Source of the DNA: Balanoglossus misakiensis
Taxonomy: Eukaryota > Animalia > Hemichordata
Direction: 5' to 3'
Assembly: GCA_040954595.2 (NCBI GenBank)
Contig: CM082576.2
Span: 20,321,028 to 20,385,027, forward strand
Length of the DNA: 64,000 nt
Below, piece after piece: positions 50,131 to 64,000 of the stretch. The notes beneath the pieces are model-generated. The model saw nothing but the letters and a program-made list of their open reading frames with translations, ran no database searches and was not told the DNA's origin. Each line of letters opens with the position of its first letter. The first letter of the stretch is position 1. The position numbers were made by a program, and so were the translations under genes.

Positions 50131-52432
50131 GTAAGATCAACACAATATAGAAATAATGCACAACGCCCTGACCATTAACGTTTGTTTTTGGGCAAGGGCG
50201 AGGGGAAAGCCCAAAATTCATGGGCAAGGCTTCTGAGCCCATGAAATTTGGCTTTCCTAGAGCCCGAGCCCTACATTTATTTCCATTACATTACCAACAA
50301 TCTCAAGAAAACCATCAATATTTATGAAAATGTCCCACACACAAGACTAGGGGCCCCGGAACTTGTGTTATGCAAAATGTTGTGTTCACTGAACTATTTG
50401 CTAATATTACTATTCAGATTTACGGGCATGTAAACAAACCATTACTGGGTATTTGTGGTCAGTGATGTCGTTCATCTTGACCAATTAAAATGCAACGCAC
50501 AGACCATGGTAATATAATATATGGGCAACGAAAGGTCCTATATCTGTAACTTTTGAATTTTTATTCAGTATTATGCTGGTTATCAACCATCATTTCTTGT
50601 TCAGCTCGGTGAAGCAGGGTAAGCAATGTTGTTATTGTTTAAAAATTGTATTCAAGCCTGGGTCTGGACTTGGATGCAATTTGTCAATAATAACAGTGAT
50701 TGGTAACTGCATGTTTTCATTACTGGCTATCTGTTAAAGAGACCATTTGCTGTGTGTACAGTACACATGCCATTGGCAGCTTATGGGTCAGCCAGTGTTT
50801 GCCTGTTAATCTCTCGTTGTGTATGTGTGTCTGTACAGTCAGATCGCATGGGGTTAACATATGGTAATGAGGGAAAGTACTTCATACCATGTAGCCGTTA
50901 CCGTGGGCCCCGCTGAAGGGTCGCGAAATAGGCCATTTTTTTACGCGACATTATAGAGCTGATTTCAGGTGAGGAGGACTGTGTACAAAATTGAGTATAG
51001 ACAACTCAGGTTTTAAAGGATTTTCATCATTTCCACTGTGTCAACATCACTACATCCTTGCTGTGAGAAAAAGCCATCCTTTGTGTACTTCGTGCTTATC
51101 ACGGGCAAACAATTTGTTTAAAATCCCTGATTTTGATATGGTGCAAACATTTCACCAACAAACTAACACACCATTTGCCCTTACTCAAGACAGCCTGATT
51201 TGTTTGAAATGTTATAAACATTTGTTGCTTTAGCGGAAAAAGCAACGTGTAGTATTCAACAAGGCCTAATTATGTCGAGTGATATAGCACTTGCTGAAGA
51301 AATTAAAAAATATGTCACAATGCTACAAAAAGGCTGCAGCTGTGACACCGACTTGGTGAATTTTGCATGCTGGAAAACTGTTGTCTTTTTAGGAGAAGTG
51401 CTCCTCAGAAAACACGCCATTCTAGTGTTTGACGTCAGGCAATATTTCAATGATTGTTTAGACGATGAATATCAGACTTTGCGACCCAAGGTCAAGGTAC
51501 AACCAGTGGAATTCCACAGAAAACCTAATAGCTGGCTTATTCGGGAATTTCTATGTGTGTATTATCCAATTCACCTTTCTGTTGTATCAAAAGTGAGTAG
51601 AAAGTTCTCCACCTTTTTGTACCGAACGGGTTCAGATCTCACTATTGCCCTCCAAAATGCACTTGTCGAACATCCCCAGTATGTTGTGCATACAACAGAT
51701 AGAGAGGCTTGAAAAGCAAGTATGAGACTTGAATAAAGTTGACGTTGACTTTTTCAAAATGCTTGATTTGGTGGCTGTGAAATTAAATGTCAGCATTTAT
51801 CAGCAATCTTAAAAATTCAGTAATTACTGCAAAACAAACACTGTTGATCTGAGTACACTTGATGTTGAATATATTGTCAGTGAGATTGACCCTGTGTTAT
51901 GGAATACTATTTTTATATATAATCCCATGATATTTTTCTTTGTTTGACGTCATCGTATACGAGTGTTTTCGCAGAGCCGTGCAACTTCGAGCCGTAGGCA
52001 AGAAGTTGCTAGACTCCGCGAAAACCACGAGTATACGATGACGTTAAATAAAGAAAAATATCATGGGATTATATATTTATCACATGAACAGTCTTCTTAT
52101 TTTTCGTTAGAAGAGGTAGGATACAATATTCCAATATCCTGCTAAAATATTCGAGCGGCCTTGTAGTTTATTTAGCGGGATTACGTTCTTTCCCCTGCGC
52201 AACGATCTGTGGCCCCAACGAGATATGCTAATTATGGAATCACTTTCATTCATAAAGTGAAATCGACTTTTAAGTTTTTACACTTTTGCGTCTTGTCTAC
52301 CAATCAGATTCGCGGAGTCAGTCACTTGGGCCAGAATTTTGATACATTCTGCCTGTCAATCATTGTCTCACGCTGTGTACATGTCAACACAACATCCTAG
52401 CAATTAATCGCGTCGAGTTGCCTGCAAAGTTA

Positions 52433-53198
52433 GGCTAGTTATACTTTGCGAAACAACGAAACAGCGAAACGAAACAGCGAAACGACGAAACCATTATTAA
52501 AATAGGGGCCAGTCATCAAGACGGTGGCGTATTATTATTTTAAAAGTTTCCAAATAAGTTCCTGGTCTGCGGCCTGGTACTAGTGGTTGCGCGCCAAAAA
52601 AGAATCCCGCCCCAAAAGGTCAATGTACGAGTATATTCACAGGGCTAAGAATTAGTTGAAACAAAGCAGTAGTGTCTGTAAGCTTTCGAGGGTCAAACAC
52701 TGATGGGGGGTAAGAGTAGTAGTTATATATAGAAACACATGTAACTCACACAACACAGTATCATTGTCGAAATTTCTTTATTATCTTAATTGCAATTCAT
52801 GCCTCCCCGCCTTGTGGTATTTAAGGAAATAGTGTCAGTTGCTGCCGCATTTTGAGGTTTCGATCTTTTGTGGTTTCGTTGTGCGCTCGCGTATATTCAC
52901 TGTGTATATATAGCAGTTTGGCATGAATCGTTTGCGCGCACACGACGTCGACTCTACCACTACATAGTACCAGGCCGCAGACCAGGAACTGGCGACCCGC
53001 CGTTTGTTTCCAACGCCAAATTCTAATGTTGAATTTCCGAGAAAACAATTTATCTGACCTGTAGTTTTCTTGGCTCGCTTACGTTTTAATTTGGAAACTT
53101 TAAAAAAAATCATACGCCACCGTCTTGATGACTGGCCCCTATTTTAACAATGGTTTTGTCGTTTCGCTGTTTCGTTGTTTCGCAAAGTATAACTAGCC
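52433..53198. mobile_element. Mutator/MULE-like MITE
   Basis: TIRs over 100 bp (ggctagttatactttgcgaaacaacg...) and a 9-bp TSD gcaaagtta. Confidence 0.85.
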
Positions 53199-53451
53199 GC
53201 AAAGTTATGCTGCAAGTCGCAGTTTGACAGAAAAAATGACGCACTTCACTGTAAAATTTATGAAAAAATAAACACAGTTCCATTGCCATATATCCTAAAA
53301 CCGTTATTGTGACAGGATATTAAAAATATTAGTCCAGGAACGATGTTCAAGGTTCAAGGTTGCGTTTGCGTCTGCCTGGCTAGTCAGCGCAGTTGTGCTT
53401 CCGCGGAAATACAACCGTCGCACAGAATCTCAGCCTTGGACCCGAGACAAA

Positions 53452-55388
53452 TAGTGCAGGAGCTAAACCCCACATTTTGGCATAATTGTGCACTTTGGGT
53501 TAAAATCATGAAATTTAGTACAATTATTCATTGACCCATGGCGGACATTTTCCAATATGGATCCCAAAAGACAGCGCCCTCTAGTGGCTAGAAACTGACA
53601 TTTACACTTTTCCCCCCATTAATGACTCTTTTTGGGCAAGTTTAACACTCAGAGACAGGAATGTGGGTTGTAAAACATGCTTGCTCCCATACATTCCTTT
53701 TAATATTATCCTAATCCTGATGTACATGCATCAGATCAATCTTGTATGTTACTAATTGAACGATTTGTTCTTCGAAATAACAACCAGTTCAATACACAAA
53801 GTCATGCAAAGGGGTAATACAACACCTCTTCTCCAGAAAGTCAAGGGTTCTCGAGAATACAGGCAGCATCTAAAGAACATGTGCTGTGAGAAACCTAGCA
53901 AAGCTATATCAAACCAACAGAATCCCAGTGGAAATCAAGTTGGACAACTCTTAGTCAAGCCCAAGAAAAGAGTCAACCTCAGGAAATCAGTGGCCAAAAG
54001 TCATGGACATGATTCTGTAGGTGCTTTAGGTCTAGTCTGACAGCAGTGGTCATTGTTACTGTGAAGGAAGATGTACCGTTAAAGTCATATTTGTAGACGC
54101 AGTCGTAATTATAGACGCACCCCTTTTCTGAGCTGGTTGCAATGTCACAAATTCAAAGATTTGGAAAAACGGAAAAGTACATATTTTTAGACGCACCCTG
54201 CTTTCAACATGGTGGAGGACACGCCCCCTTTCATTCAATGTGGAAGACTGACTAACGGTGATTTTCTTTGCCATTGTTTCAACTGCCCATAATTGCTGGG
54301 TCTACGTCTTTTCCATTGTCTCAGTTGCCTATAATTGCTCAGCTGGTCAACCAACGTCATGACACATGCATGAAATTAACATATGAATACACTTTGACAT
54401 GTAGTTGACCTCTCATTAATTATCCTCTAAAATCATTTACTCTGATTGGTTGAAGTTTTCAATGACTGTCACTTTGACATGTGATGCCTTGTCACCCATT
54501 GACACATGGCTTCAGACGTAGTTGACCCAGATGGTGTTGACCCAGACAGTGTGTCTGATTTCATCAATGGGCATGTAACGTAATTTGCAACATTGTTTAT
54601 GTGGAAGTAGAAGCTAAGTCTCAGATTACATTATGGGGTGAATATATGGACAAGACATGACACTTGAAAATATCAAAAACTCAAACTTTGTATGAATAAA
54701 ACGATTTTTGAACTGTATGAGGAATAGGCTTCAGACTTTTGAGCAAAGAACACAAGTCATGCAGCAGGAGTAGAAATGTATGATTGCATACTGGGAAGTA
54801 CTTTCTTTATGACCTGATTTTTGGCGATGTCTTCTCCTGAGAACAGAAAAAGTTTGTTTTGAAACTTGGCATACTTCCATATTATTAGACGCACCCTGAT
54901 TTCAGGATCATTGTAGCAGTCGAAATATTGCAACTTTGTTAAAAAACCTGCGTTTACAAATATGACTTTAACGGTAATCAAGATTGATCTGATACATGTA
55001 TATCAGGATTAGGATAATATACACATGAATGTATGGTAGCAAGCATGTTTTACAACCCACATTCCTGTTTCAGAGTGTTACAAATGACCAAAAAGTGCCA
55101 TTAATGGGGGGAAAGTGTGAATGTCAGTTTCTGGCCACAAGAGGGCGCTGTCATTTTGGATCCATATCAGAAAATGGCCGCCATGGGTCAATGCATAAGT
55201 GTACCAAGTTTCAGGCTTTTAACCTGAAGTGCACGGTTTTTAAGTATGAATGTCTGTTTCTGGCCACTAGAGGGCGCTGTCATTTTGGATCCATATCAGA
55301 AAATGGCCGCCATGGGTCAATGCATAAGTGTACCAAGTTTCATGCTTTTAACCCAAAGTGCACGATTTTTTTGTTTACTGCCCCACTA
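53452..55388. mobile_element. Unclassified element with long imperfect inverted arms
   Basis: About 53487-53745 is inverse to about 54980-55365; the right arm has a roughly 123-bp internal duplication. No clear TSD. Confidence 0.5.
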
Positions 55389-57955
55389 AAATGTTTTCGA
55401 TTCTCAAACAAATGAATTGCGATGTTTTTTCCACGTCTTATACTTATCGTTGACCAGTGGACAGAATACAGAGTGTTAGTCATCCCGCTCAGCTGGAACA
55501 AAACCATTCTCGTAACTTCCGTAAGCCTAAAATCAAGACAATGTGCTGGCTCGCTCGGGACCAGGCCCGCTAGCTGCAAGCACACATTCATGATCGTAGC
55601 GTTGACGTTTCAAATTCTACCTTTCTCGTATTGATTTTACCCAGCGATATTCTTACGGAACCGTCATGGAACCGTCAGTTTTATATGACTTATGTACAAC
55701 TACGGGTTCATCCACTTGTTTATTCCGTTTCACAAGAAAGTTACAGCGACGGGCGAATCAGTGTAAATAGTTCCGGTTGATGACGTAGAACAGGAGTAAA
55801 TTCGGATTTTTTATTCGACCTGTTCTACGTCACACAAGCGGCTATACGGGCCAGTTCATGTGATAAAACGTTGAACAACAGTGAATGCAGTAAATTAAAA
55901 AGCCCCAACTTTGAATGGAATAAACACTACTATGGATTTTATGACCAGCACTCTATGGAGAGTAGAGCACGTTTGTTTTGTGTGTATGCTATTGTTCACT
56001 TGTTCTGATCATTGTACTTACCCATTGCATACTTACCTGGCTGATATTGTTGAAGGTTATAGTAGGTCATCTACTCTAGTGAAAATTCTAAATTGATTTG
56101 GTATTATTTGTTCTGGAGATACATTGCATAGATACATGTTGGGAGTTATCAACAAAAGAACATCAGCTGATTTCACAGAGGAAAATATTGCAAATAATGC
56201 ATTTTGTATAACTTCCATTGACAATATTGATAAATCAGCTAAATATGCAGCTGCTAGAGCTGATCCAAAGGACAGAGGTTTCCACGGTACCTCTTATCAA
56301 ATGGTCCAACCAAAACCAAAGTCAATTTTGAACAGTGTTGATGATATTGTTTTTGGCAGTCATGACAAACATTCAACTGTCAAAGATTTTAAGCTAATCA
56401 ACATATATGGTGATGGAAGGTGCTTTTTCAGGAGCATCTCTGTGAGAAATGATATTGCATTGCAAAATTGCGATCATCTACCTAGTGGACTCCCTTCTGA
56501 CCCAATTTTAGCTGACCGAGAGAAAATATTCGCAGACAAGTTAAGAGCAGATACAGTAGACATAATGCGTGCCAATCATATATACATTGAATAATTGGAT
56601 GATGCACAACTTGATGTCCTGTTAGACGGCACTCGTTATATGGACATTTTGCACAGGACACAATGTATGGAAAAGGCAGATTAATATGCTGGTATGCCAG
56701 AAATGTTATCTGTAGTGTATGTTGCAAAATGTCCATTACATATATACACCAAGCAGAATGATATATTTGCAAGAGGTGATGGTGATGTGTTCTCCAAGAC
56801 TGAGCCTGTCTGTCTCTTGTACACACCAGACAGGCCAGGTCAACCAGGCCATTATGATTTGCTTCTTAACAGGCAGTTAATTAAAAGTAAAGATAGTCTG
56901 GTGAGTGAAAATGCACAGAATTCATTTGAACGGTGGCAGGAATTAAACAGTGGCTTTTGTTCACAAAATATAGTAGACTCTGAAATGAATGAAATTTTTG
57001 GCAATTTGTGGAAATAATACTAAAATCATGGTTGACAGATCTATCTAAAAAAAATACTGGTACAGGTTTGATTGCAAAAGCCCGTACAATGACGGAGAAA
57101 AAAATCCAATGATACTGTTCATGATGATGTAGTATTTAAACCACCTCTACTGAGACAACATCAACCACGGTCATCAATTTCGCTGTCAGATTTTGACATT
57201 AAACAAGAAGAAGCCATTGCTTGGTCAGAACTGTTTTCTGACAATTCATTTTTGCTCTACAGAAAAATGCAATGCACAGAGCTGATATAGAAACAGTTTT
57301 TGGGGATTTTAAATCAACATTAGCAACAAATGGTAACAGTAATGACAGTGAATGCTCAAATGTCATTTATTTGGGCATAGCAAGTGAACACGCAGACACC
57401 ATTGAAACTGTCCATAACATTATCAATAAGCTGTATATGTTACATTCAGAGTTGGTGTAAGAATAAAATACCTGGTTGTGGTTGGTGATGGGAAAACTTT
57501 CCATCACCTGATAAAGTTAAAAGACATGTATGGTGCAAATTTAGACTGGTTGCAGCCTTTTATCAGAGACTGGCACACTCTAAAAAATTACCAACCAGTC
57601 ATCATGAAAATATTCTGGGATGCTGGCCTAAAACATCTGGCAGGGTTCAATCATAAAGGGGGAACTTTGAAAACCCTAGTACAGTGTACAAATTTCAAGC
57701 TAACTCATCGCTTCCTAACACAAATTTGGGAAAGTATGTTTAGATGTGTTGTCAATTCCTTTTTGAATAAGAGGGGTGAAACCCATAATACCCAGCACTT
57801 AAATACAGAAACAGTCCAAAAATAATTACTAGAAGCTGTCACAAAATCTTTGGAATGTACTGAAGATAAAGCTGATCATATTGACAAAATTAATGGTGAC
57901 CTTAAGGCTCAACTTACTCGCTTGCAAGAGGAATTTCAGATTTTTTGTGACAGAA

Positions 57956-58579
57956 CACAGTACGATATTTTACCCACAATTCTCCATGATTTGTATCATC
58001 GAAGGTTGCCCATTTAATAACTTTTTCTGTTTTAGACACTAACAATGATATGAAGTACATATAAATCTATTTATGTTTATCTAGGAAAAGTACGTTGAGG
58101 AATTAGAGTGAAATTCCAAAATCAAAATTTAAAAGCATTAAGAATCAAAGTATTCATGTACTGCAAATGCCACACTTTGGAGGAAACAAGCAATGAGGAA
58201 ACAAGCAATGATTGACTGAGGTGGCCAGTCTCTGTTGAAAGTTAACATGTAAATTTCCATTGTTCTGTCAAAAGAAAATATCAATATCGTTTTGTTTGAT
58301 TAAACAGGTGTTTCAAGTGTCCCTGTTTTACTCCAAACTTTTTGGTATGGCTGACTATGCAATTGCTTGATTATTTTATAAAATTCGTATCTTCTCTCTC
58401 AATAATACATAATTTTCTAAATCATTTGAAATGGTAATTGACAATAAGATTCACCTAAAAAGTAAGATCTCAAAATTTCTATTAGTGGTCTACAATTCTC
58501 TCTACACTTTGCCTGGTTTGACTGAGTAATCTCTGATTGTACAAATCAGAATGAATTATGGGATATTTCACGTACTGTG
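57956..58579. mobile_element. Transib-like non-autonomous element (copy 2)
   Basis: CAGAA|cacagtacg...cgtactgtg|CAGAA. Confidence 0.75.
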
Positions 58580-61500
58580 CAGAAGGGCAAATACAGACAA
58601 AACTTTCAAATTTTGGGTTAGATTTATAGAGGAAGATTTGTTTGCATACATGTCTTTGTACATTGCAATAAGGTCAGGAAATTGGAACCTTCGAATATCG
58701 GCTTTGAAATAATAAACCCACTGTTCCATGCATATGACCGATCCCTGTACTTGAGGTTAATTCCCAGACATCTTGCTGACCTTCTGAAGATGCCAAACTC
58801 TCTGTTGTTACATTTCAAAGCAGGTGGTTTTGTTTGCAATTTGTCAGGCTCAACTTGGGTTAATGTAGCACTAGATGAAGCCCATGAAATGTGCGTCAAT
58901 AAAGATGTTAAAGCTGCATTGCATACTTCTACAGGTGGGTTAATGGAGAGAATAGCAATTTATTTACCCTATAGAGCTATGGCTGCCAAGAATCTAAAAG
59001 ATCAGTTATTTTCTTTCTAAAATGAAACCCATAATTCAGTTAGTGTACATAAAATACATGAGTCAAACTGCAGGTTGTATATCAATTGTCTTGAAGGTGC
59101 TGATGTATTTTCACCACTTAATACCGCCAGGGAGCTAACTAATATATTTTCAGATGACACAGCAAAGAATAGCGTCAAGGACACTGTGGTCCCATTTGAG
59201 GATTATGCGGAAACAGTGACACACCAGAATAAAAATTACAGGTGACATTGCAAGCAGATATGATCTTACGATATAGAAATATGGAATGTAAAAAAAATTA
59301 ACAAGGAACATGCCCAATAAATTGTCATGTGTCATGACAGTCTTACAAGTAGTGCTAGAAAAAAAATTGACCAAAAATTGCCTGTGCAAACATATATGAG
59401 AAGCAACTTCTTTCAGTCAGCTCAGAAACAGACAGACAGACAGACACACACACTGACCTGCCACTAGTAATAAACAATTTAATAGCCCATGGTCTCTCTA
59501 ACAGCTGGCTTATTGAAGTTATGTAAACATGTCTAAGTTGGGGGTAACAACTCCTTGTAAACAGTAACTTTCAAAACAACTGGACAATTGGTTTAGGAGA
59601 AAAAACTCGCTAAATATTGAATATTTCTGATATCAGAATTGAATAAAAGTTGCACATATACATGTATGTGTTATGAAATTATATCCTAAATTTCAAAGCA
59701 ATCAGAGAAAAAACAAATTTCAAAGCAATCAACAAGCAGTTTCACAAAAAAATATTTGTTCAAAAGTGGCAAAAACACAAAATTGTACAATACCTTACTT
59801 CAACCACTACAAGGAACATGCTGCCAAAGTTCAATGCAATATGACAAGCAGTTTCAGGAAAACAATTTTTGACAAAAATTGCAAAAGTTTCCCCGATAAC
59901 ACATTTATGAAAATATCACATTTTTTACAACATATTATTTGGGTTACACCTACGAACATGCCTACCAAATTGCAAAGTAATCCGGCATGCGGTTTTACAG
60001 AAAAAAAAATTGACCAAAAATGCCAAATATTGCTCAAAATTATAAATATGCAAATTTTACAACAATTTGAACAAAACTATGGTTACTCAGACAACAATTG
60101 CGAAGCTTCATACTAAATTTAAAAGAAGTAAGCCCATCACTTTCAGAAATGAAGACTTTTTAACAATAACATGGAAAAATACAAACAAATGCATAAAAAA
60201 TAGGAAATCAATAATATTAGCTCAAAACATACATTAATTGTAGGCCAAACAAGAGAAAACTAGTGAACTTCTTGTCAGCCACATCTTTAAAAATAATTGT
60301 ACCGGCTCTGCAAGGTGATCATGTCCTCATTACAGCAGGTGGCTTTGATGGGGAAAATAGGGACAAGAGTCTTTTCGTCGGTAGTAATGGAATTGTGTCT
60401 GAGTGGGAAGCCAAAAGTTGTCATGAAGAAGCTGACAGTAGATGCATCCTTCATGCAGTTCAGTCCTCTTACAAGAAAGGTGTTATTTACCCCCCTGATA
60501 CCGATACTTATCATGTTCTCCTCCCAGTACTATATCAACATGTTCAAAAGGAGATATTTGTACAACTGGATAATGATTTATCCAATCTCACTTATTTAGA
60601 CATGAATCAATTCAAATCAGATTTAAATTAAGACCCTTATTTGCAACATATTCCCCTCCAATATGTAGGCAAAATATTTCAGGCAAAACAGTGTTCATAT
60701 GCACAGGTTGTGACTATACTTTGCAGGCATCGGAAAGATATCTTTCTACAAGACATTTTTTCAATACCCTGAGTTTATAACTAGTGGCACCCTTATACCT
60801 GGAACACTGATAGACACAACAGTAGACAGTGTAGGGAATGGAATTTTCGCTTTCATACGTTTAAAAGGTAGTGTTTATGTTAAGAAACATTTCCAAGCAT
60901 TTGATGCATCTCATCTTTTTGAACTTTATCGACAAGTAGCCAGTGTCACTAACAGTCTTACAGATAACCACATCAAATGGCTTACATATATACGAGAAAC
61001 AATTTGGCCACGTATCCAGTATGAGGAAGAATGTATCCCTTCCTTTGAAGCCCTACAACTGCACTGGAAAAGATCATGCTGGGTCTCTCAGTAATGGTCC
61101 CAGGCCGATCAGTGCCATGTTACGTTTCCCTTATTCAATAATTATGGATACAGACTAAGCAACGGCGAACTTGATATTATTTGGGACAGTGATGCCAATT
61201 TAGAAAAAGTGAAAAATAATTTGGAGTTGCTAACAAAAGGGTGTGGCTGCAAAAAGATGCCAACTTGTAATAGCAGTTGTTGTAAATGTTATAAGACCCA
61301 CAATGGTTGTGGCCCTGCGTGTCAAGGCAATGACTCCAGTAATCCACATAATGGGAACCCTGGATTCTGTACCACATCGAAAAAGTATGGGGTATGCCCA
61401 AAATATACAGATAAGTCACCACTATTAGAATCACCATCACCAATCACTGATACTGAACATCATAATATGGAAAATAGCATTGATGCAATTTTACAGGAGG

Positions 61501-61689
61501 AGTCACATGAATTTGACATTTTAAGAGAAGAAGAGGGAAATATTTACGAGACTGATTCTGACTTTGACGAACTGACTGATGAATATAACTTGACGGAAGA
61601 AAAACAAACTGATAATTCAAAGAATGGTGATTGTGATTCCAATGATGGTGACTGTGATGACATTTAATGAATCATCAATGAAATTGATT

Positions 61690-62570
61690 GGTCTTTTGTG
61701 GGTTGCAGCCCTATTGTGGTTTCAGTCATACCTTTCCAATCGCACCCTGTGTGTATGTGTTAATTTCAGACATGGTTACTGTAACCGTGTTCCAAACAAT
61801 CACCATTTTATCCGCTTGACACTGGGGTAACACAGGGATCAGTTCTTTGTCCTATACTTTTTAATATGTACACTTCTCCATTAGGTGAATTAGTTTCTAG
61901 TCATGGATGCCTGTACATAGCTTTTATGCAGATGGCTCTTCATTGTCTTTTACCAAGAAGAATGCTCCCAGAATGCTTTCAAATCTAGAACATTGTATTT
62001 CCGATGTCGGTACTGAATGTCTGAAAATGTCTTGTGTTTAAATAACGATAAGACTGAATTTGTTATTTTTTCTGCTACTTCGGGTAATCTATCTGCCAGA
62101 GGGATTACAGAAATGCATGTGATGCTCTGAAACCTGTTCATTGTCTGACAATGATTGCACAGATCTGCCATTCAGTCGCTTTTCATTTGCAGCATATTGC
62201 ACTTGTCTGTAAATATTTATCTCAAGCCGCCACAGAGCAATAAAGTTCCTTCTTTTGTTGCATTTCGAATAGATTCATGTAATTCACTTTTATTTGGGCT
62301 CCCTAAGTACTAGATCAGCCGTATTCAAGTTCAAAATATTGCTGCTAGTTCCAAAATCACCTTTTACATCAATGCAATTTCAGTTGCATTGGTTACCTGT
62401 GTCTGATCGTATTGTTTTCAAGATTTGTTTCTTATTTTTGAATTCATTCATAGACTTGGACCATCATATCTGTCTGATATGATCAAATTGTATGTTCCAA
62501 ATCGAAACTTGGAGTCAGCTGATCAGCTCAAACTCTGTCCTGTTCAGCCCAATGCAATGATGACAACAGA
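61690..62570 (+). mobile_element. Decayed L2/CR1-group LINE reverse-transcriptase fragment
   Basis: WFQSYLSNR, QGSVLCPILFNMYTSPL, FYADG, LNNDKTEF, LHWLPVSDRIVFKI and PSYLSD motifs across frames. Deleted in copy 1. Confidence 0.8.
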
Positions 62571-64000
62571 AATTGCTTGCCTTCAGACACAAATATTTAT
62601 TGCATATATCATCAGCGAATAAAGGGAAATGGTTTTGAAGTTACAGTTGGCATTTTGCATTCTCGAAATGTCTACTAATATCCCAGGCCACGATACAGAG
62701 AAAAAAAATACACCAGCTGAGCTCCTCACACGTACGTAGTCATGTATGGTAAACCTGGCATTCTGTCCATATGGGACCTACATTTGTAGGCGATAGATCG
62801 ATGTTGTATTGAAATCAGGCTAGTAATTAAGTTAAAACTTGGCTAATACGTTACCTTAGGGTGTTATACATTATCCAGTAACTGTTTTACTTAAGAATTG
62901 CCTTTCAAAAGCTGTTTTCCCCACGGTAAACGTATTGTTTCACGATCAACGCAACACTTCTGTATTTACAAGGCTAACATGGAGCCGGAGAGGTCAACGT
63001 ATACTTCCGGGTCATATCGTTGAACGACATCGATTATTTTTAAGCAGACTGTTACACAAGCATTTCGAATTAATTTCTTTTCATGGATGTCGGGACCGAT
63101 ATTAGACCTCTCTGTCAGGAAAGTTTGGTTAACTTCCGAGGTCGTTTTCAAATGCTTTTTGACACGTTTATGGATGTCTCTTTCGGGGTCACCAACATAC
63201 CACTGAAAACACGTTAAAAACTTCTACTATTACCGACAGATTTTCATAAAATTTACGTCTGCAGTGAAAAATGGGAATCACTTTCGTAATTTATCCAGCT
63301 AACATGGTATTTTATTGCACAACAGAGCATAAAAATCAAGTTGAAAATCACCTTGAAAATTGGTCTATTGCAGTCTGTTTGAAAGTTAACGGTCGCTCGC
63401 TTGATGAACTTTCATATGCAAATGAGCACCGTGCGATCTGACTGTGTATATGTACTCCGTGTAGACTGAATGGGACCACTGTGTCCTTGACGCAATTTTT
63501 TACACTTATCAGGTATATGTTGACTAACACAAGCAAAAATATCACCAACTCATCTGAGAAATCTTATCCAAGGTCCTAAGGTTGTGAGATTAATAGAATC
63601 TCACACTCCCAAGGACTAGTTGTCATAATTCTGACATGAGTTGGGGATTTTATGTCCCACACGAGCCGCAGGCGAATGTGGGACAAAATATCCCTGACAA
63701 GTGTGGGAAATATGATCCTAGGTCCTTTGTGTATGAGATTATATTTCTCACACGGGCACAAATTAGCCAAATTCGTCTTAAAACATTGAATAAATGACTC
63801 TTGAGTTGTCATCTGGCATGTTGTAGTTTCTTTACCCTGTCATTGGATAACATTTAGCGCACGTTATTAAAAATCGCTTTGTCATCCAATCAGCGCTCGC
63901 GTCATATACAGCTTTCGATTCAGTGAGTGTGTGGGATTGATTTGTTCTTACACTCTGATCCCACACTCTCAGCATGCCAGGAGTGTGAGAATCTATATAA

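Larger units (their letters stand above)
51916..55867 (+). mobile_element. Terminal-hairpin element, family D, full length with nested inserts
   Basis: Hairpin at about 51916-52075, then tttatcacatgaac...gttcatgtgataaa inverted repeats. The transposase frame rejoins across it (NTIFY/TLNNSEC). Confidence 0.8.
50836..63444 (+). mobile_element. Academ-type DNA transposon, decayed, copy 2
   Basis: Same TIRs and TGTA TSD (50832-50835, 63445-63448). Transposase fragments at about 50991-51915, 55868-59160 and 60248-61667, retaining the acidic C-terminal tail. Confidence 0.85.
40250..64000 (+). repeat. Large direct duplication, copy 2 (runs off the window)
   Basis: Colinear with 3943-35153. Confidence 0.95.

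Noticed and set aside
53452-55388. CACTA/EnSpm element
   Set aside because: The ends read TAGTG...CACTA, the reverse of CACTA elements, and no short TSD is evident.

Overview
AT-rich, intron- and repeat-rich animal DNA, probably a marine invertebrate (inferred from the repeat content). No intact protein-coding gene is evident. Most of the window is a direct duplication: 3943 to at least 35153, repeated from 40250 to the window end. Each unit holds (i) decayed MED25-like exons, (ii) a remnant of a herpesvirus-tegument-type (peptidase C76-like) deubiquitinase, (iii) phase-1 calcium-binding EGF exons, and (iv) a 12-12.6 kb dead Academ-type DNA transposon (32-bp TIRs, TGTA target duplication). 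That transposase has an OTU deubiquitinase domain inside its predicted DDE core, plus XPG/PIN-like and Cys-rich modules. Many non-autonomous elements are layered on top, often in one copy only. They include an 8-kb nest of six Helentron-type (HINE) elements, Kolobok-, Harbinger-, MULE-, Transib- and piggyBac-like MITEs, and an AcademH-like mini element with a RecQ fragment. Five apparently unrelated families share a long terminal hairpin with the same strand-specific GA-bracketed tip. All family assignments come from motif recognition by eye, not database searches.
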